64,000 nt of DNA from Octopus vulgaris (GCA_951406725.2 OX597835.1:17608001-17672000), one strand, 5' to 3'. Counted from the stretch's first letter, positions 1 through 13,781 are shown. Numbers and translations are program-made. Notes: a model not told the origin generated them from the sequence alone.

Positions 1-93
1 TGACAAATACAAATGCACGCACAGAAACACGCACACAGACACACTCACACACACGCTTATACACATACATACACGTGCACACACACGCACATT

Positions 94-134
<41 letters not shown>

Positions 135-229
135 ATATATTTATGTATATATGTATACGTATGAATATATATGCACCTGTGCACTGTATGCAACACTTTC
201 CTTCATCATATTATATATATATGTATGTG

Positions 230-266
<37 letters not shown>

Positions 267-329
267 TTATATGTATATATGAATCATGAAGGCATTTCAT
301 ATCAATGAAAACTGCCGTTTATAGTGATT

Positions 330-1050
330 TTAATGCCCTGAGAAACTACGTTAAAATATTTTCCATATCTGAAGTTTCTAATCACAATTCCTATCATTTC
401 CCTGCCAAAATTTCCCACACTTTTATTCCTCACATATACGAATGCGGATTTTAAACCCGACCATAAATTTTGGTCGTTTCGAAAAGTTTTAACTGAAATC
501 CCATATCCGTCGTTATTGCGCCATCGCATCCAGTTGACAAACTCCATTATAGATACGCTAATTGTCACATTATTGCTGTTCTGGATTCCAACCAATCTGA
601 TAATCTATATTATTGTAACGATCTTTAATTCTCTTTTCTCCCACATCTTAATTTTTACGCCTCATTAAATACATTTGACAACTGCAGTTTGTGGCGGAAC
701 ATGTCTAATGAGAAATACTATTCTAGTGTTATTGCTACTCTACGAAATACGTATGGACATGTTTTTAGTGGTTTCATTTTGCATCCGTAAATAATAGCGT
801 TGATAGGAAATCCATTGTCAGCTTCATTCTGGAATAGATTCACTTAGTACTGGATATAAGTTGTTGATGCTCTGTTTAATGTTGAACGCGCTGTTGCACA
901 AGACAGCCACACAATACAGCAACACTGGCTTATTATTGCGTATAGAACGTGTAATGAAAAACCAGCCTTCCAGATCAAATATCATGCGATATAAGGGTAT
1001 TGTACACTCCTAGATAATCTCGTAATTAAATCCGTCTGCTAAATCAACAG
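330..1050 (+). pseudogene. Possible highly decayed LINE ORF2 N-terminal (AP-endonuclease/linker) fragment
   Basis: Stop-interrupted + translation includes DKLHYRYANCHIIAVLDSN (536-592), resembling the YPN..II..GDFN endonuclease motif. YCNDL..NEKYYSSV and NEKPAF (cf. DKPW) follow. Weak visual resemblance only. Confidence 0.25.
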
Positions 1051-1269
1051 AGTTAATGTAGTCATATATAGATACCCTTCAAGTGTTGATTATTAAACGA
1101 CTGATATTTAAACAGGTGATTCATTTCTCAGCCGTTTTGTGTATCACTTTAACGTCAGGTTATATATAACGACCGGTCTTCAGATCCAGTATCAAGAAAT
1201 TGGAACTCTGTTAATGATGCTTGCCTGCTAAGGTATACTCAGCTACTCAACCGAAGAACACAAGTATTG

Positions 1270-1456
1270 GTTTCAAATTTCAGCATAAGGTCAGTTAATT
1301 TCGGTGGATCAAGTCGATTACATTGACTACCAGTTCTCGACTGGTGCTTATTTTTTTATCAACCCCGAAAAGATGGAAGGCAAATTCGACCTTGGCAGAA
1401 TTTGAACTCAGAATGTAAAGACGGACGAAATACTGCTAGGCATTTTGTCCGGCGTT
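1270..1456 (-). mobile_element. tRNA-derived SINE family F1, degenerate copy
   Basis: Reverse complement of the F1 body at 46580-46812 (ccccgaaaagatggaaggcaaattcgacc...atttgaactcagaa). Confidence 0.8.
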
Positions 1457-1571
1457 GATCATGTAATAGTTTTCCCTTTTAGTTATCTTATTCCTGTATC
1501 ACATAACGTGAACAAAATAGTAATAAAAATTTGCTTCTTATCATTTCCGACACAAACACAAACACATAATA

Positions 1572-1917
1572 TATCTATCTATCTATCTATCTGTCTGTCT
1601 ATTTGTTTATCCATCTATCTATCTAGCTGTCTGTATATCTATCTATCTGTCTGTCTGTCTGTCTATCTAGCTAACTATTTGTTTATCCATCTATCTATCT
1701 GTCTGTCTGTCTGTCTATCTAGCTAACTATTTGTTTATCCATCTATCTAGCTGTCTGTATATCTATCTATCTATCTATCTATCTACCTGTCTGTGTATCT
1801 ATCTATCTGTCTGTGTATCTATCTATCTGTCTGTGTATCTATTTATCTGTCTGTGTATCTATCTATCTATCTATCTATCTATCTGTCTGTCTATCTAGCT
1901 AGCTATCTATCTATCTA
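1572..1917. repeat. (TCTA)n/(TCTG)n compound microsatellite
   Basis: Seen directly. Confidence 0.95.
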
Positions 1918-1929
1918 CACACACACACA

Positions 1930-2100
1930 ACGGTGGGTTTTACAATTCTACACAGTTACCCTCTACCAAATTCATTCACACGATATTGTTTGCCGCGGGT
2001 TCTATAGCAAAAGCCATTTGCTTTCAGTGCTTACAGTTGGACAGAACACGAATCCATGACTTTGCAAGGTGAGCTTCTGAACCACACCCACACCCATGCC
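1930..2100 (-). mobile_element. SINE family F2, degenerate 5' part
   Basis: ctaccaaattcattcaca...ctatagcaaaagccatttgc...accacaccc matches the reverse complement of the F2 head. Confidence 0.6.
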
Positions 2101-2211
2101 TGTACCGAAAGAAACAGAAAAGAAAAACAATTGCGAGACACAGTTTTCAGTCCTCTGAGAGTACCATGTAATTTAACAGTCACCCTTTTAAGATCATGTG
2201 TTGTTACAGAA

Positions 2212-2376
2212 GGCGCAGGAGTGGCTGTGTGGTAAGTAGCTTGCTAACCAGCCACATGATTCCGGGTTCAGTCCCACTGCGTGGCATCTTGGGCAAGTGT
2301 CTTCTGCTATAGCCCCGGGCCGACCAATGCCTTGTGAGTGGATTTGGTAGACGGAAACTGAAAGAAGCCTGTCGTA

Positions 2377-2423
<47 letters not shown>

Positions 2424-2644
2424 TTGTGTGTCTGTGTTTGTCCCCCTAGCATTGCTTGACAACCGATGCTGGTGTGTTTACGTCCCCGTCACTTAGCGGT
2501 TCGGCAAAAAGAGACCGATAGAATAAGTACTGGGCTTACAAAAGAATAAGTCCCGGGGTCGATTTGCTCGACTAAAGGCGGTGCTCCAGCATGGCCGCAG
2601 TCAAATGACTGAAACAAGTAAAAGAGTAAAGAGAGTAAAGAGTA
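2212..2644 (+). mobile_element. Full-length tRNA-derived SINE family F2 with internal (TA)n(TG)n
   Basis: A-box-like tggctgtgtgg and B-box-like ggttcagtccc. CORE-like cttgggcaagt. Internal microsatellite. 3' tail ggcggtgctccagcatggccgcag...gaaacaagtaaaagagtaaa. Near-identical copy at 63620-64000. Confidence 0.92.
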
Positions 2645-3059
2645 ATCATTGATGACTAAGAAATGTATGGTTTAGTTTGCATTTGAAATGGTTTTCAATT
2701 TCATCTAAAAATTAATTGATTATACACTTCGAGATGGTGGAACATAGCAAAACGCTTGCAGAGGTTTTAAAACAACGTGAAATACCTCTTAATGCTCCTT
2801 CACTTTCAAATTGACAGCCTGTCAGATAATCCCTCGCGGGTGTAAATCGTAAAGGATATTTGTGATCTGCGCATGTTATTAATTTCACTTAAAATCTTGG
2901 TAAATGATTGGGCACCGAAAACATGGCAGAATCTCAGACACTCCTTGTCGATTTCAAAAAAGGATAAATGGCCATAATTTCCATTTCTTTCGGCGAAGAT
3001 GGATCGTCAGAAAACCACCAGAGTCTATCAAACATAAACAGAGAGGAGATAGATAAATT

Positions 3060-3255
3060 TTTAATCTACTGCCTGCTTCACTCATTCGACTACGGCCACG
3101 CTGGGGCACCGCCTTGAAGAACTTTAAGTCGATTGAGAGGACACCGGTACTCATATTTTTTTCTTTTTGCCGAAGTGTTAAATTACAGGGACGTAAACAA
3201 AACAACACCAGTTATCCAGCTGTGGTAGGGGACAGACATACAAACAAAAACGCAT

Positions 3256-3319
<64 letters not shown>

Positions 3320-3478
3320 ATGTACACGAGGGAATGTTTTCAGTTTCTATCTACCAAATCCACTCACAAGATTTTGGTTGACTCGAAGTTATAGTAGAAA
3401 ACAGTTGCCCAAGGTGCTACGCAGTGGAACTGAACTCAGAACCTCATGGTTGGGAAGCAAGCTTGTTACCACATTGCT
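3060..3478 (-). mobile_element. SINE family F2, diverged near-full copy
   Basis: Reverse complement of 2212-2644, including tail (cggccacgctggggcaccgcc) and head (aagcaagcttgttaccaca). Confidence 0.85.
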
Positions 3479-4327
3479 GTGATCATATTTTTAGTTTCTA
3501 TGAAACTTAAAATACCCATGACACTCAAGACGATGATATATCAGAAAATCTTCGAAGGTTACAAACAATGGGTTGTTTCAATATTTGATCCGACTCATCG
3601 ATCGGGAAACAATGCAATCGATATGCGAATATAGGAATGTTCAATATGTTTATTGAATTTGTTTTTCGCATGTATCGATTTTTTAATGTAGTTCATATTT
3701 TGTCTTCGCAATTTAAGATCTCAAATGCTTGTGGCTAGAGGCGATAGTATTTTGCAGCAAGTGAATATTATACTGTGTGTAGTTGTAGAGGAGGGTTGAG
3801 AGAGCATACAGTTGAAAAGGAAGGGTCATTTGCGTCACATTTAAATATGACACCAGGTTCAGATTCTCAAAGTCACGTGTTAAGGGCTTTGTATATTGTC
3901 CGTTGCTTCAGTGTTAGTCACCAACACGGTTACCCATATGTGTGTTTGTTTGAATACGTGTGGACGAAAGAAAAATTGACAGCCACATAGTCGAAGAGAC
4001 AGACAGTCAGAGAGATACATACATAGATGGAGAGAGAAAGAGAGAGAGAGAGAGAAAGAGAGAAAGAGAGAAAGAGAATGAGAGCCTGAGGGAAAGAGAT
4101 AGATATACAGGCAGTGACAGGGACAGACAGATAGATAGAAAGAGCTAGAGAGACAGTTAGGGAGAGGGACGGGCAGATAGATATAGAGCCAGACAGACAG
4201 TCAGACAGGCACATATATAGATAGGTAGATAAATAGATAGATAGACTGATAAGTGGTTGGATTAATAGATGTAAAGGTAGGTACATACATATACAAAGAG
4301 AAATTGGATCGAGAAGACGGATAAATG

Positions 4328-4395
<68 letters not shown>

Positions 4396-4408
4396 AATCA
4401 CTCTGTCT

Positions 4409-4611
4409 GGTGTGGCTATGTGGTAAGAAGCTGGCTTTTCAAGCACTTGGTCCCGGGTTCAGTCCCACTGCGTGGAAACTTGGGCAAATGTCTTTTTTGA
4501 TAGCCTCGGGTAGAGGCCATAGTAGAAGACACTTGCCCGAGGTGCCACGCAGTGAAACAAAACCCGGAACCATATGGTTGAGAAGCAACCTTCTTACCAT
4601 AGAACTACGCC
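4409..4611. mobile_element. Two F2 SINE heads fused in inverted orientation (about 100-bp-arm hairpin)
   Basis: 4409-4507 is an F2 head on +, 4513-4611 an F2 head on -. Junction tagcctc-gggta-gaggcca. Confidence 0.85.
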
Positions 4612-4719
4612 CGTGCCTGTATAGCTAATTGGAACACCTTGCCTTTAGCTCTATCAAATCAATAAATAAACACCTGAGACCAAAGTAGAAATACAACAAC
4701 ATCAGCAATTGTCTTAGCC

Positions 4720-5500
4720 TATTTTTTCTATTCTAGGCATAAGGCCCGAAATTTTGAGGGAGGGGCCAGTCAATTAGATCGATTACAGTACGCAACTGGT
4801 ACTTACTTTATCGACCCCGAAAGGATGAAAAGCAAAGTCGACCACGGCGGAATTTGAACTCAGAACGTAGCGGCAGACGAAATACCTATTTCTTTACTAC
4901 CCACAAGGGGCTAAACACAGAAAGGACAAACAAGGACGGACAACCGGATTAAGTCGATTATATCGACCCCAGTGCGTAACTGGTACTAATTTAATCGACC
5001 CAGAAAGGATGAAAGGCAAAGTCGACCTCGGTGGAAATAGAACTCAGAACGTAGCGGCAGGCGAAATACCTATTTCTTTACTATCCATAAGGGGCTAAAC
5101 ACAGAAAGGACAAACAAGGACGGACAACCGGATTAAGTCGATTATATCGACCGCAGTATGTAACTGGTAGTTATTTAATCAACCCCGAAAGGATGAAAGG
5201 CAAAGTTGACCTCGGCGGAATTTGTACTCAGAATGTAGCGGCAGTATTTGAGCGATACTTGTCAATGTGTGTGAGTATTTGTGTGGGCATGAAAAGATAA
5301 ATTACAATTAGAAATATTTTAAAAAGGTAATAGTTAATATTAGAGATTATATATGACAAATTGTTTATGATAATTCCTAGTCATTTGAAATTTTGAATTT
5401 ACATATTGGCTCGGCGGAATTTGAACTCAGAACGTAGCGGCTGACGAAATACCGTTAAGCATTTCGTCCGGCGTGCTAACGTTTCTGCCAGCTCACCGCC
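4720..5500 (-). mobile_element. SINE family F1 with tandemly repeated 184-bp body; head at 5410-5500
   Basis: cgaaatacc junctions at 4878 and 5062 (period 184). Head gtgctaacgtttctgccagctcaccgcc ends at 5500. Confidence 0.9.
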
Positions 5501-5903
5501 TTATTCTCTTATCTTATTATGTTCTCAGTACAGCTATTGACACAGATTGACACAGAACCCAATGACCGTCGATAGGGTGAAGGGAACAGCCTCCCCTGGT
5601 ACCATTTGAATGCAGAATGTAAATGGACGTAACCCAAGGGGATAACATAATGTGTCTAAGTCCCTTCCTACCTTTGCTCGTCAGGTGAGTACATACAAAC
5701 ACATTTCCAACGCACACATCAATATAGAGACATACGGACGTACACAGAAACAGGCGCATATATTTACAGGGAAGGGAAAGAAGGAAGAAAAAATAGAAGG
5801 TAGCTCAATGATAATTAGTCAAATATACGTGTGTGTGCATGTGTGTGTGTGGGCGTCTATGTGAGTTTGCATAAATATGTATGTATGTATGTGTTTGTCT
5901 CTC

Positions 5904-5960
<57 letters not shown>

Positions 5961-5992
5961 ATCTATCTATATCTATCTATCTATCTATCTAT

Positions 5993-6279
5993 CCGCACCT
6001 ACCACACACAAACACTCAACAACCAACAGCAACGAAAACAACAACACAACCGCTTACACAGACATACATAGAAGCCTACAACATACCCCTACCCCTTTTT
6101 GATTCCTCAGAAAATTCGTTGGAAGACGAAACCAGCGAGGAATGGCAAATTTCTTTCTCTTTTACGATCCCTTTTGATCGAAAACCTACCCAACTTTTAT
6201 TTTTCCCCCCAAAAAAGAAAAGCTCTACTTTGTAATCTGCCCCGTCTGTGTGCTGCCCTGTGTGGCTAATAAAGAAACA

Positions 6280-6280
<1 letters not shown>
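5993..6280 (+). mobile_element. Retroelement fragment embedded in (TCTA)n; 3' end shared with 56591-56908
   Basis: cttttacgatcccttttgatcgaaaacc...aagaaaagctctac...ccctgtgtggctAATAAAgaaacata runs into (TCTA)n. (TCTA)n also lies upstream. Confidence 0.7.
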
Positions 6281-6324
<44 letters not shown>

Positions 6325-6527
6325 GTCTATATCTATCTATCTGTCTATATCTATCTATCTATCTATCTATCTGTCTATATCTATCTATCTATCTGTCTAT
6401 ATCTATCTATCTACCTATCTATCTGTCTATATCTATCTATCTATCTGTCTATATCTATCTATCTATCTGTCTATATCTATATCTATCTATCTGTCTATAT
6501 CTATATCTATCTATCTGTCTATATCTA

Positions 6528-6575
<48 letters not shown>
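6280..6575. repeat. (TCTA)n compound microsatellite
   Basis: Seen directly. Confidence 0.95.
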
Positions 6576-6576
<1 letters not shown>

Positions 6577-6877
6577 GTGTAATACCGATAGAAAAGCGAC
6601 AAATAGTTGCGCACCTGTGTCTCTCTAAGTGTACGTACACTCATGCATGCATACACACATAGTCACGTACACACGAATACTCCCACAAGATGAAATACGC
6701 ACATGCATGCGCGTGTATCGATGGATAGATAAATAGATGGCGCAATTAAATAGCTATTTACCAAGATAGGTTAATAGAACCGAATCGAAATTCAGTCAAT
6801 AATGGGATTGTGTGGGAGAATGCAGAAAGAACATGCATGTAAGTGTGTATTGTTATGAATATATATGTATGTACGTC

Positions 6878-6909
<32 letters not shown>

Positions 6910-7455
6910 GAAGGCAGACAAGGTAGGAGGGAGTAGAAGTAGTGAGTGTGAGAGAGTGAGGTGGGGTAGAGCTATTTCAATCGAAGGTGTATCTATTGTA
7001 ACATGAGGAAGAAAACAAAAAGCAAACATCTACAATAACAAACACACAAAACAAAAAGCAAAACGAACACATTTCCTTGTAATCATGGTTTTCCTGGTTC
7101 AATTTCGCTGTCTGCCGATTTCTGTGCCAAACATGAAAAATAAAACAACAACACAAACAACAAAGACAAAAATGCACAAAACAAAACAAAAACAAACACA
7201 CACCCAATATTGAATTGTAACTTCACATAAACACTTAACAAAAACAAAAAGAAATAATAGACAAATAGTAAAAAAAATAAATACAATTTAAACTTTTTTC
7301 TGTACGACAAAACTCATTTTATTTACTCTTGCTTCAAAAGACTAAAGATAAAAAGACATAAAAAATGACGAAATAAATAAATAAAAATAAAAATAAAATG
7401 AAAATACAAACGACAAGCTAGAACTAGTGACAACACTATGGTAACGAAAACAGCG

Positions 7456-7456
<1 letters not shown>

Positions 7457-7488
<32 letters not shown>

Positions 7489-7789
7489 ATATGCATGGAT
7501 GCATGTAAATGTCTGTATATATATATATATATATACATAAACATTTATACATATATGTATTTATATACACGCATATACATGTATTCATATATAACTGTTT
7601 ATACGCACACACACATGTATATATGCACACATATATATATATATACATATGCATATATATATATAATACATATATATGTGTATATATATATAAAAATACA
7701 TATATACATATGTGTATATAATACATATATATGTGTATATATATATATACATATATACATATGTGTATATACATATATATACATATGTG

Positions 7790-7828
<39 letters not shown>

Positions 7829-8184
7829 GTGTATATACATATATATACATATATACATATGTGTATATACATATATATATATATATATATATACATATGT
7901 GTATATACATATATATATATATATACATATATACATATGTATATATATATATACATATGTGTATATATATATATATATATACATATATACATATATATAT
8001 ATATACATATATACATATATATATATATACATATATACATATAAGTATATATATATATATATATACACATATATACATATGTATATATATGTATATATGT
8101 ATACATATGTATATATATGTATATATACATATGTATATATATATATATATATGTATACATATGTATATATATATGTATATATAC

Positions 8185-8244
<60 letters not shown>

Positions 8245-8275
8245 ATATATACATATATCTATATGTGTGTGTGTG
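7457..8275. repeat. Long (TA)n/(TACA)/(TG)n compound low-complexity tract
   Basis: Seen directly; source of many spurious YIYI ORFs. Confidence 0.95.
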
Positions 8276-8668
8276 CGCCTGCCATAAAATGGAAGCGCGT
8301 TATCGATTATGAAATTTACTCTCAAGTCTAGACCTTTTATTTGGTTTGGTTCGTTTTGCAAAATTGTCGAAAAAGCATGGAAAAATTGTTCAACGGATAT
8401 TTTCCTTGCGTTCTTTCAACAGACTGAACAGTGAGAAGATTATCTTTTTCTTTGTTTTTTTTTTTTTTTTTTTTGGGTGGGAGGTTTATTAGCTTATAGA
8501 AAAAAAAATATCCCAACAAAAAGAAAATCTACCAAAAAAAATTACAACAGAAAACAAGCGGAAAATAGCACCGTTTTCTACGTAAGTTTCTAATATATAT
8601 ACAGACATCGATTTAAAGGTAAAAGTGACAAATTTAAAATAAATAAATAATTGATAAATATATATGTG

Positions 8669-8699
<31 letters not shown>

Positions 8700-8838
8700 C
8701 TGTATTTGCATGTGCCTATTAAAGGTGCACTCGTATGACCTTGTGTGTGGTTATTAGAACATAAGATGGAGAGTGCGATGAGGGGAGATAATTATTGTAA
8801 TTACTCTTTCCTCTATCCGTTTCTCTATCTTTTACTGA

Positions 8839-8896
<58 letters not shown>

Positions 8897-9299
8897 TTCT
8901 GCCTGCGTGTGTCTCTCCTCGACGCTGTCACTCTACTTTCCACCGTTTACTTTCATCAATGGAAAGGTGGATATGTGGGTTGTAAGTGTTTACAGCTATT
9001 TGGAACTGGGTTGATGACGTTACTGCCTCTGTTCGATATAACGATTTATTTCACAAGTGATAATAGAGATACAGGGGGGTGCGTTCGGTCGGGTGGGGGG
9101 AATAGAACGGATAGGAAAGAGAAGGGAAGAAATACAGAGAGAAAGAGAAGATAGATAGAGAGAGTGAGAGAGAATGGGAGAGAGAAAGAGAGTTAAAGGA
9201 AACGATTGAAACAAAGTCAAAATTAAGGAAAGGAAAACGAGTAGAAGAAATGAAAGAGATATAGGACAAAGAAAAGTAGAACGATAGAAAGATAGACAG

Positions 9300-9333
9300 A
9301 CGGATTGTTAGCTAGATAGATAAGATAGATGGG

Positions 9334-9424
<91 letters not shown>

Positions 9425-9745
9425 GTAGGTAGATAGATAGATAGATAGATACATACATATATACATAGAGGGATGGATATGTAGATAGACAGACAGATGG
9501 ATAGACAGACAGATGGATAGCTAGCTAGATAAGTAGACAGGCAGACAGATATATAGATAGATAAACGGATGGATGGATGTATAGATACGTAAATACATAG
9601 GTATTCAGATGGATAGATAAGTAGCTACATAAATACATATATATATACTTAGATAATAAGTAAATAGATAGGAATATATATATATACATATATATATACA
9701 TACATACATACATACATACATACATACGTACGTACGTACATACAT
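9300..9745. repeat. (GATA)n and (TACA)n microsatellites
   Basis: Seen directly. Confidence 0.95.
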
Positions 9746-10088
9746 AATAGGTTGATGCGGAGAGGGATCAATAACTTCAAGTGAACCGTAGCGTGTATTT
9801 GAACGACAAAAGACAAATCTCTGTATATTGAATAACATTCAAGAGAAGTTTTTGATTTATCGAAATCATCTCTGCTTCCAGAGAAACTAAACCAATAGTT
9901 TGGTGGAAATTAGGAAAAGAAGGAGATAATCTAAAGAAACAGAACTTTCTGAACCTGATATTTGAATAGAGAAAAGGATGGTTGTTACACATGTTTCTGC
10001 CTCAATATACATCATCGTCACAGCAACTCTGGTACTTTATCCTCAGTGGACGAGAAGCCTTGATGTGCACACAGAGAAATACCGAAAA

Positions 10089-10145
<57 letters not shown>

Positions 10146-10271
10146 GGGTGGGAGAAATTGATAGATAGAAATGTAGATTATGATTTAAGATTAAATAGAA
10201 AGAAAACTTGAACGATCCAAGGAAATTATCAAACAACAAAGTGTTGAATAAGTCCCACGTCTGTGTTTATG

Positions 10272-10755
10272 TTAGTTAGTTAGTTAATTTGGCTCAAAAG
10301 CAAATTGCAAGGCCATGTAGGGGGACATGGAGTTAAGTACAGGGTGGTGTTCATGTAAAGAGTTCAGGCCACTTGAGGTCAAGGGAGACTTTGAACAAAG
10401 CGGTCGTCGGCATCTTCACCATCTCGTCTGGCAGCTTGTTCCACCGATCCGCAACCCGGACGGAGAAAGCTCCTCTCCTTCGATGGAGATGAAATCGTCG
10501 CAGGTAGAGCTTTTCGGAATGACCCCGCAGCCGACGCTCTGGAGCAGGAGTGAAGAACAGCTCTTTCGAGAGGTTACACTTTCCGCTTATGGTGTTGTGA
10601 GCAAGAATGAGATCACCAAGGCGGCGGCGTTTTTCTAGAGAATAAAGGTCGAGCGTCCTCAGCCTTTCTTCACAAGACAAATTTTTTAGACCATGAACCA
10701 TGCGGGTAGCCAGCTTCTGGACTCTTTCGAGATGATGTATGTCTTTGAGGAGATA
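10272..10755 (-). mobile_element. 5'-truncated CR1-like LINE: ORF2 C-terminus, 3' UTR and (CTAA)n tail
   Basis: YLLKDIHHLERVQKLATRMVHGLKNLSCEERLRTLDLYSLEKRRRLGDLI...LRGHSEKL...FSVRVADRWNKLP...FKVSLD, a typical CR1-clade post-RT region. Candidate 7-bp TSD GTTTATG at 10265-10271 and 10756-10762. Confidence 0.92.
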
Positions 10756-11894
10756 GTTTATGCATAAACCGGTATAAAAACCGGTGTTGCTGTCTATACT
10801 CTGTACATTGACTAGGGATTATTTTGTACCGGGTCTGGTTATATTTCGTTGACTCATAGGAAATATTTGCATATATTGAAAACAAGCAGTGACATAAAGA
10901 AAAGTGGTCAGGTAGAGATTTCATAAGCCTTGAAAGTTCATTTTACTGACCGGCCTCCATGTGGTGTATATTCATCTCCGGCAATCTAGCTGCTTCAAAA
11001 ACCGATGTTGAAGATCTAGATTCCAAACTAAAACATTACGGGAACAATATGATGGGCTAAAACAAGTAGAAGAAAACAGTAAATGACCATGCTGTGGTTA
11101 ATTACTAGCCTTAACTTTCTGAGTCCCAAAATCCTGAAGTCCGTTTTGCCCTTTGATTTTCTTTAACAGTATAGATACAGTTACCAGTCATGTACTGTGG
11201 TCGATAAAATCGAATATAAATAGTTTCTATTTTTTGAAAATATTAATGTTGTAATTGGTGGACATTTTTGGCAGTCCAGAGAGGGAACAATTAAAATGTG
11301 AAGAACTTAAAGTGATTTGTCACGTTTTTATATTCAACGACGGAATATAGCGCGGCGCTTTGAAATTCCAGCCGTGCAAGGAACGAAGGAAAGAACGAAA
11401 AAGTTAACTTAGCAAGCAACCAACCAATACTATCCAATCAGCTAATCACCTAACTAACCAAGTAATCAGACAAGCAAACGATTAACTGAACAATCAATCA
11501 ACCAACCTTCCAATCAGTTATTCATTCATCCAACAGACTAATCAATCTTCAATCCAACTAGAAATATCGATCTCAATGATTGATTGGTCTTTTATTTCAT
11601 AGACTCCGAAAGAAAGAAAGGCAAACATGTGGATGGTAGGATCTGAAATCGGATCGTAGAGAGCCGGAGGAAATATGAAAAACATTGCTGTCCGATGCCC
11701 TAACGATTCTGCCAACCCCATTAAAACTTGACAAAGATAGCAACTATATCACTTCCAAATCGTAAACTCCCAACCATAGAAAAAACCCCTATCATTTGTC
11801 CACGTGACCTTGGGTTTCTAGAATATTGGAAATCAATGGAATAGTTAGTACTCAAAGATAAAAAGCTACCTCCTCGATTCAGGGTGATTTATAA

Positions 11895-12112
11895 TGGCTG
11901 GATTCCCAGTTTCCATGGCGTATAGATTCCCCTCCGGGATGGGACGCCGGTCCGTTGTAGGACTACTCATTTTTGTCAGCTGAGTGAAACTGGAGCGACG
12001 TGAAATGAAGGGTTTTGCTCAAAAACACAACGCGTCACCCAGTCCGTGAATCGAAACTACAATCTTACGATCATGAGTCCAACATCCTAACCACTAAGCC
12101 ACACCACTCCAC
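11895..12112 (-). mobile_element. tRNA-derived SINE, head B + tail X
   Basis: Head tggcttagtggttagg...gtttcgattc like 25312. Tail gcgtcccatcc...atacgccatggaaactggg like 18974-19287. Confidence 0.75.
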
Positions 12113-12915
12113 ATAGTCACGCGACTGGCATAGCTTTGATCTTAGTCTCAGTTAATCAGGGATGGTCATGCGCTAAACATCAGCAATGATGACAAAAGAT
12201 TTATGCGTACAACTCGAATTGCTAGAAAAATTTTATCGACTCTGCACTGAGAGGATGAATGGTAAATTTGACCTTGGCGGGATTTGATCTATTAACGTGA
12301 GAGCAGGAAGCAATGCCGCTCGACATTTTGTACGACGCGCTAACGGTTATGCAACCTCGATATTTTAGACGGCACAAACAATTCTGACAGCAACATCAAT
12401 ACGAGACAAAACCAAATATGGAATAAACTCAATGAATAGCAAAATGAAGGTAAAAATAGAAAGAAATGTTATTGTAAGAACATATTCAAGATGGCGGTTA
12501 TAATGTAAAAAGGTCAAGAAATTCTCGAAAAAAAGAAAGAAAAAAAACAAGAAATGAAATTTGGATGTTATCAACATCATCACCAGCACCAAGAAGAAGA
12601 TGATAACAATGATGATGATGGTGGTGGTGGTGATAATGAAGAAGAACATCAACAACAACAACTACTACAAAAACCAAAGCAATGGCAAGAACGACTACAA
12701 GAACAGCTTAAATAACAATGAAATATGAAAAAAGAATATCGTATCATCAAAAACTTAGACAAATGCAAAAACCAAGAATAAGACCAACAACATAACCAGA
12801 GCAACGTCGAAATCTATAACATCATCTGGAAGTTAGCACGTGAAAACCTACACCAAAAAACTTCAGCAACAACAACAACAACAAGCGCTGCCACTCCAAA
12901 TATCAACAACCAAAA

Positions 12916-13076
12916 TATCATCATCTTCATCATCAACATCATCATCACCATCATCACCATCATCATCGTCATCATCGTCGTTGTCATCATCACCATCATC
13001 ACCATCATCATCATCGTCATCGTCGTTGTCATCATCATCATCATCTTTATCATCATCGTCATCATCATCATCACAG

Positions 13077-13107
<31 letters not shown>

Positions 13108-13272
13108 GTTCATCACAATCATCATCGTCGTCATCATCATCATCGCCTCCATCATCATAGTGATGATGATCTCCATCCTGACCACCATCATCATCATCAT
13201 CCTCATCGCCATCCTCATCGCCAACATCATCATCATCATCATTATCATCATCATGTTCATACATGATCATCA
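12916..13272. repeat. (CAT)n imperfect trinucleotide tract
   Basis: Seen directly. Confidence 0.95.
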
Positions 13273-13550
13273 CGATCGTCTTAAATCGCCTGCGTCAAGA
13301 AGTTGTTGAAGACGATGAAGAAGAGGAAGTAGAATAAGAAGAAGGTGAACAAGAAGAAGGTGGAACAAGAACAAGAAGAGCACCAATACATATCGGTAAG
13401 AGAGCAGACAGAGAAGATGCAACCAAGCAGAACTTCTAATGCGATAAAAATCTGTTAAGTGCCAACTGCTATCCACATCGAACGTAAAATATCATTTCAC
13501 GTCCATCAACAGAGTGAGAACATTATCGATTCTAGATTCCACATTCCTCC

Positions 13551-13561
13551 TAGTAGTAGTG

Positions 13562-13604
<43 letters not shown>

Positions 13605-13738
13605 AAGTAGTAGTAGTAGTAGTAGTAGTGGCTGCAGCAGCAGAAGTAGTTGTAGTAGTAGTAGTGGTGGTGGTGGTGGTAGTAGTAGTAGTGGCAGCAG
13701 CAGTAGGAGTAGTAGTTGTAGTAGTAGTAGTAGTAGTG

Positions 13739-13781
<43 letters not shown>

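Noticed and set aside
363-815. GPCR-like snippets (LLLFWIP on +, INAIIYG on -)
   Set aside because: They lie on opposite strands, are bounded by stops and have no other 7TM motifs.
2212-2300. tRNA genes at SINE heads
   Set aside because: A/B boxes are present but there is no complete cloverleaf, and the sequence continues into SINE bodies.
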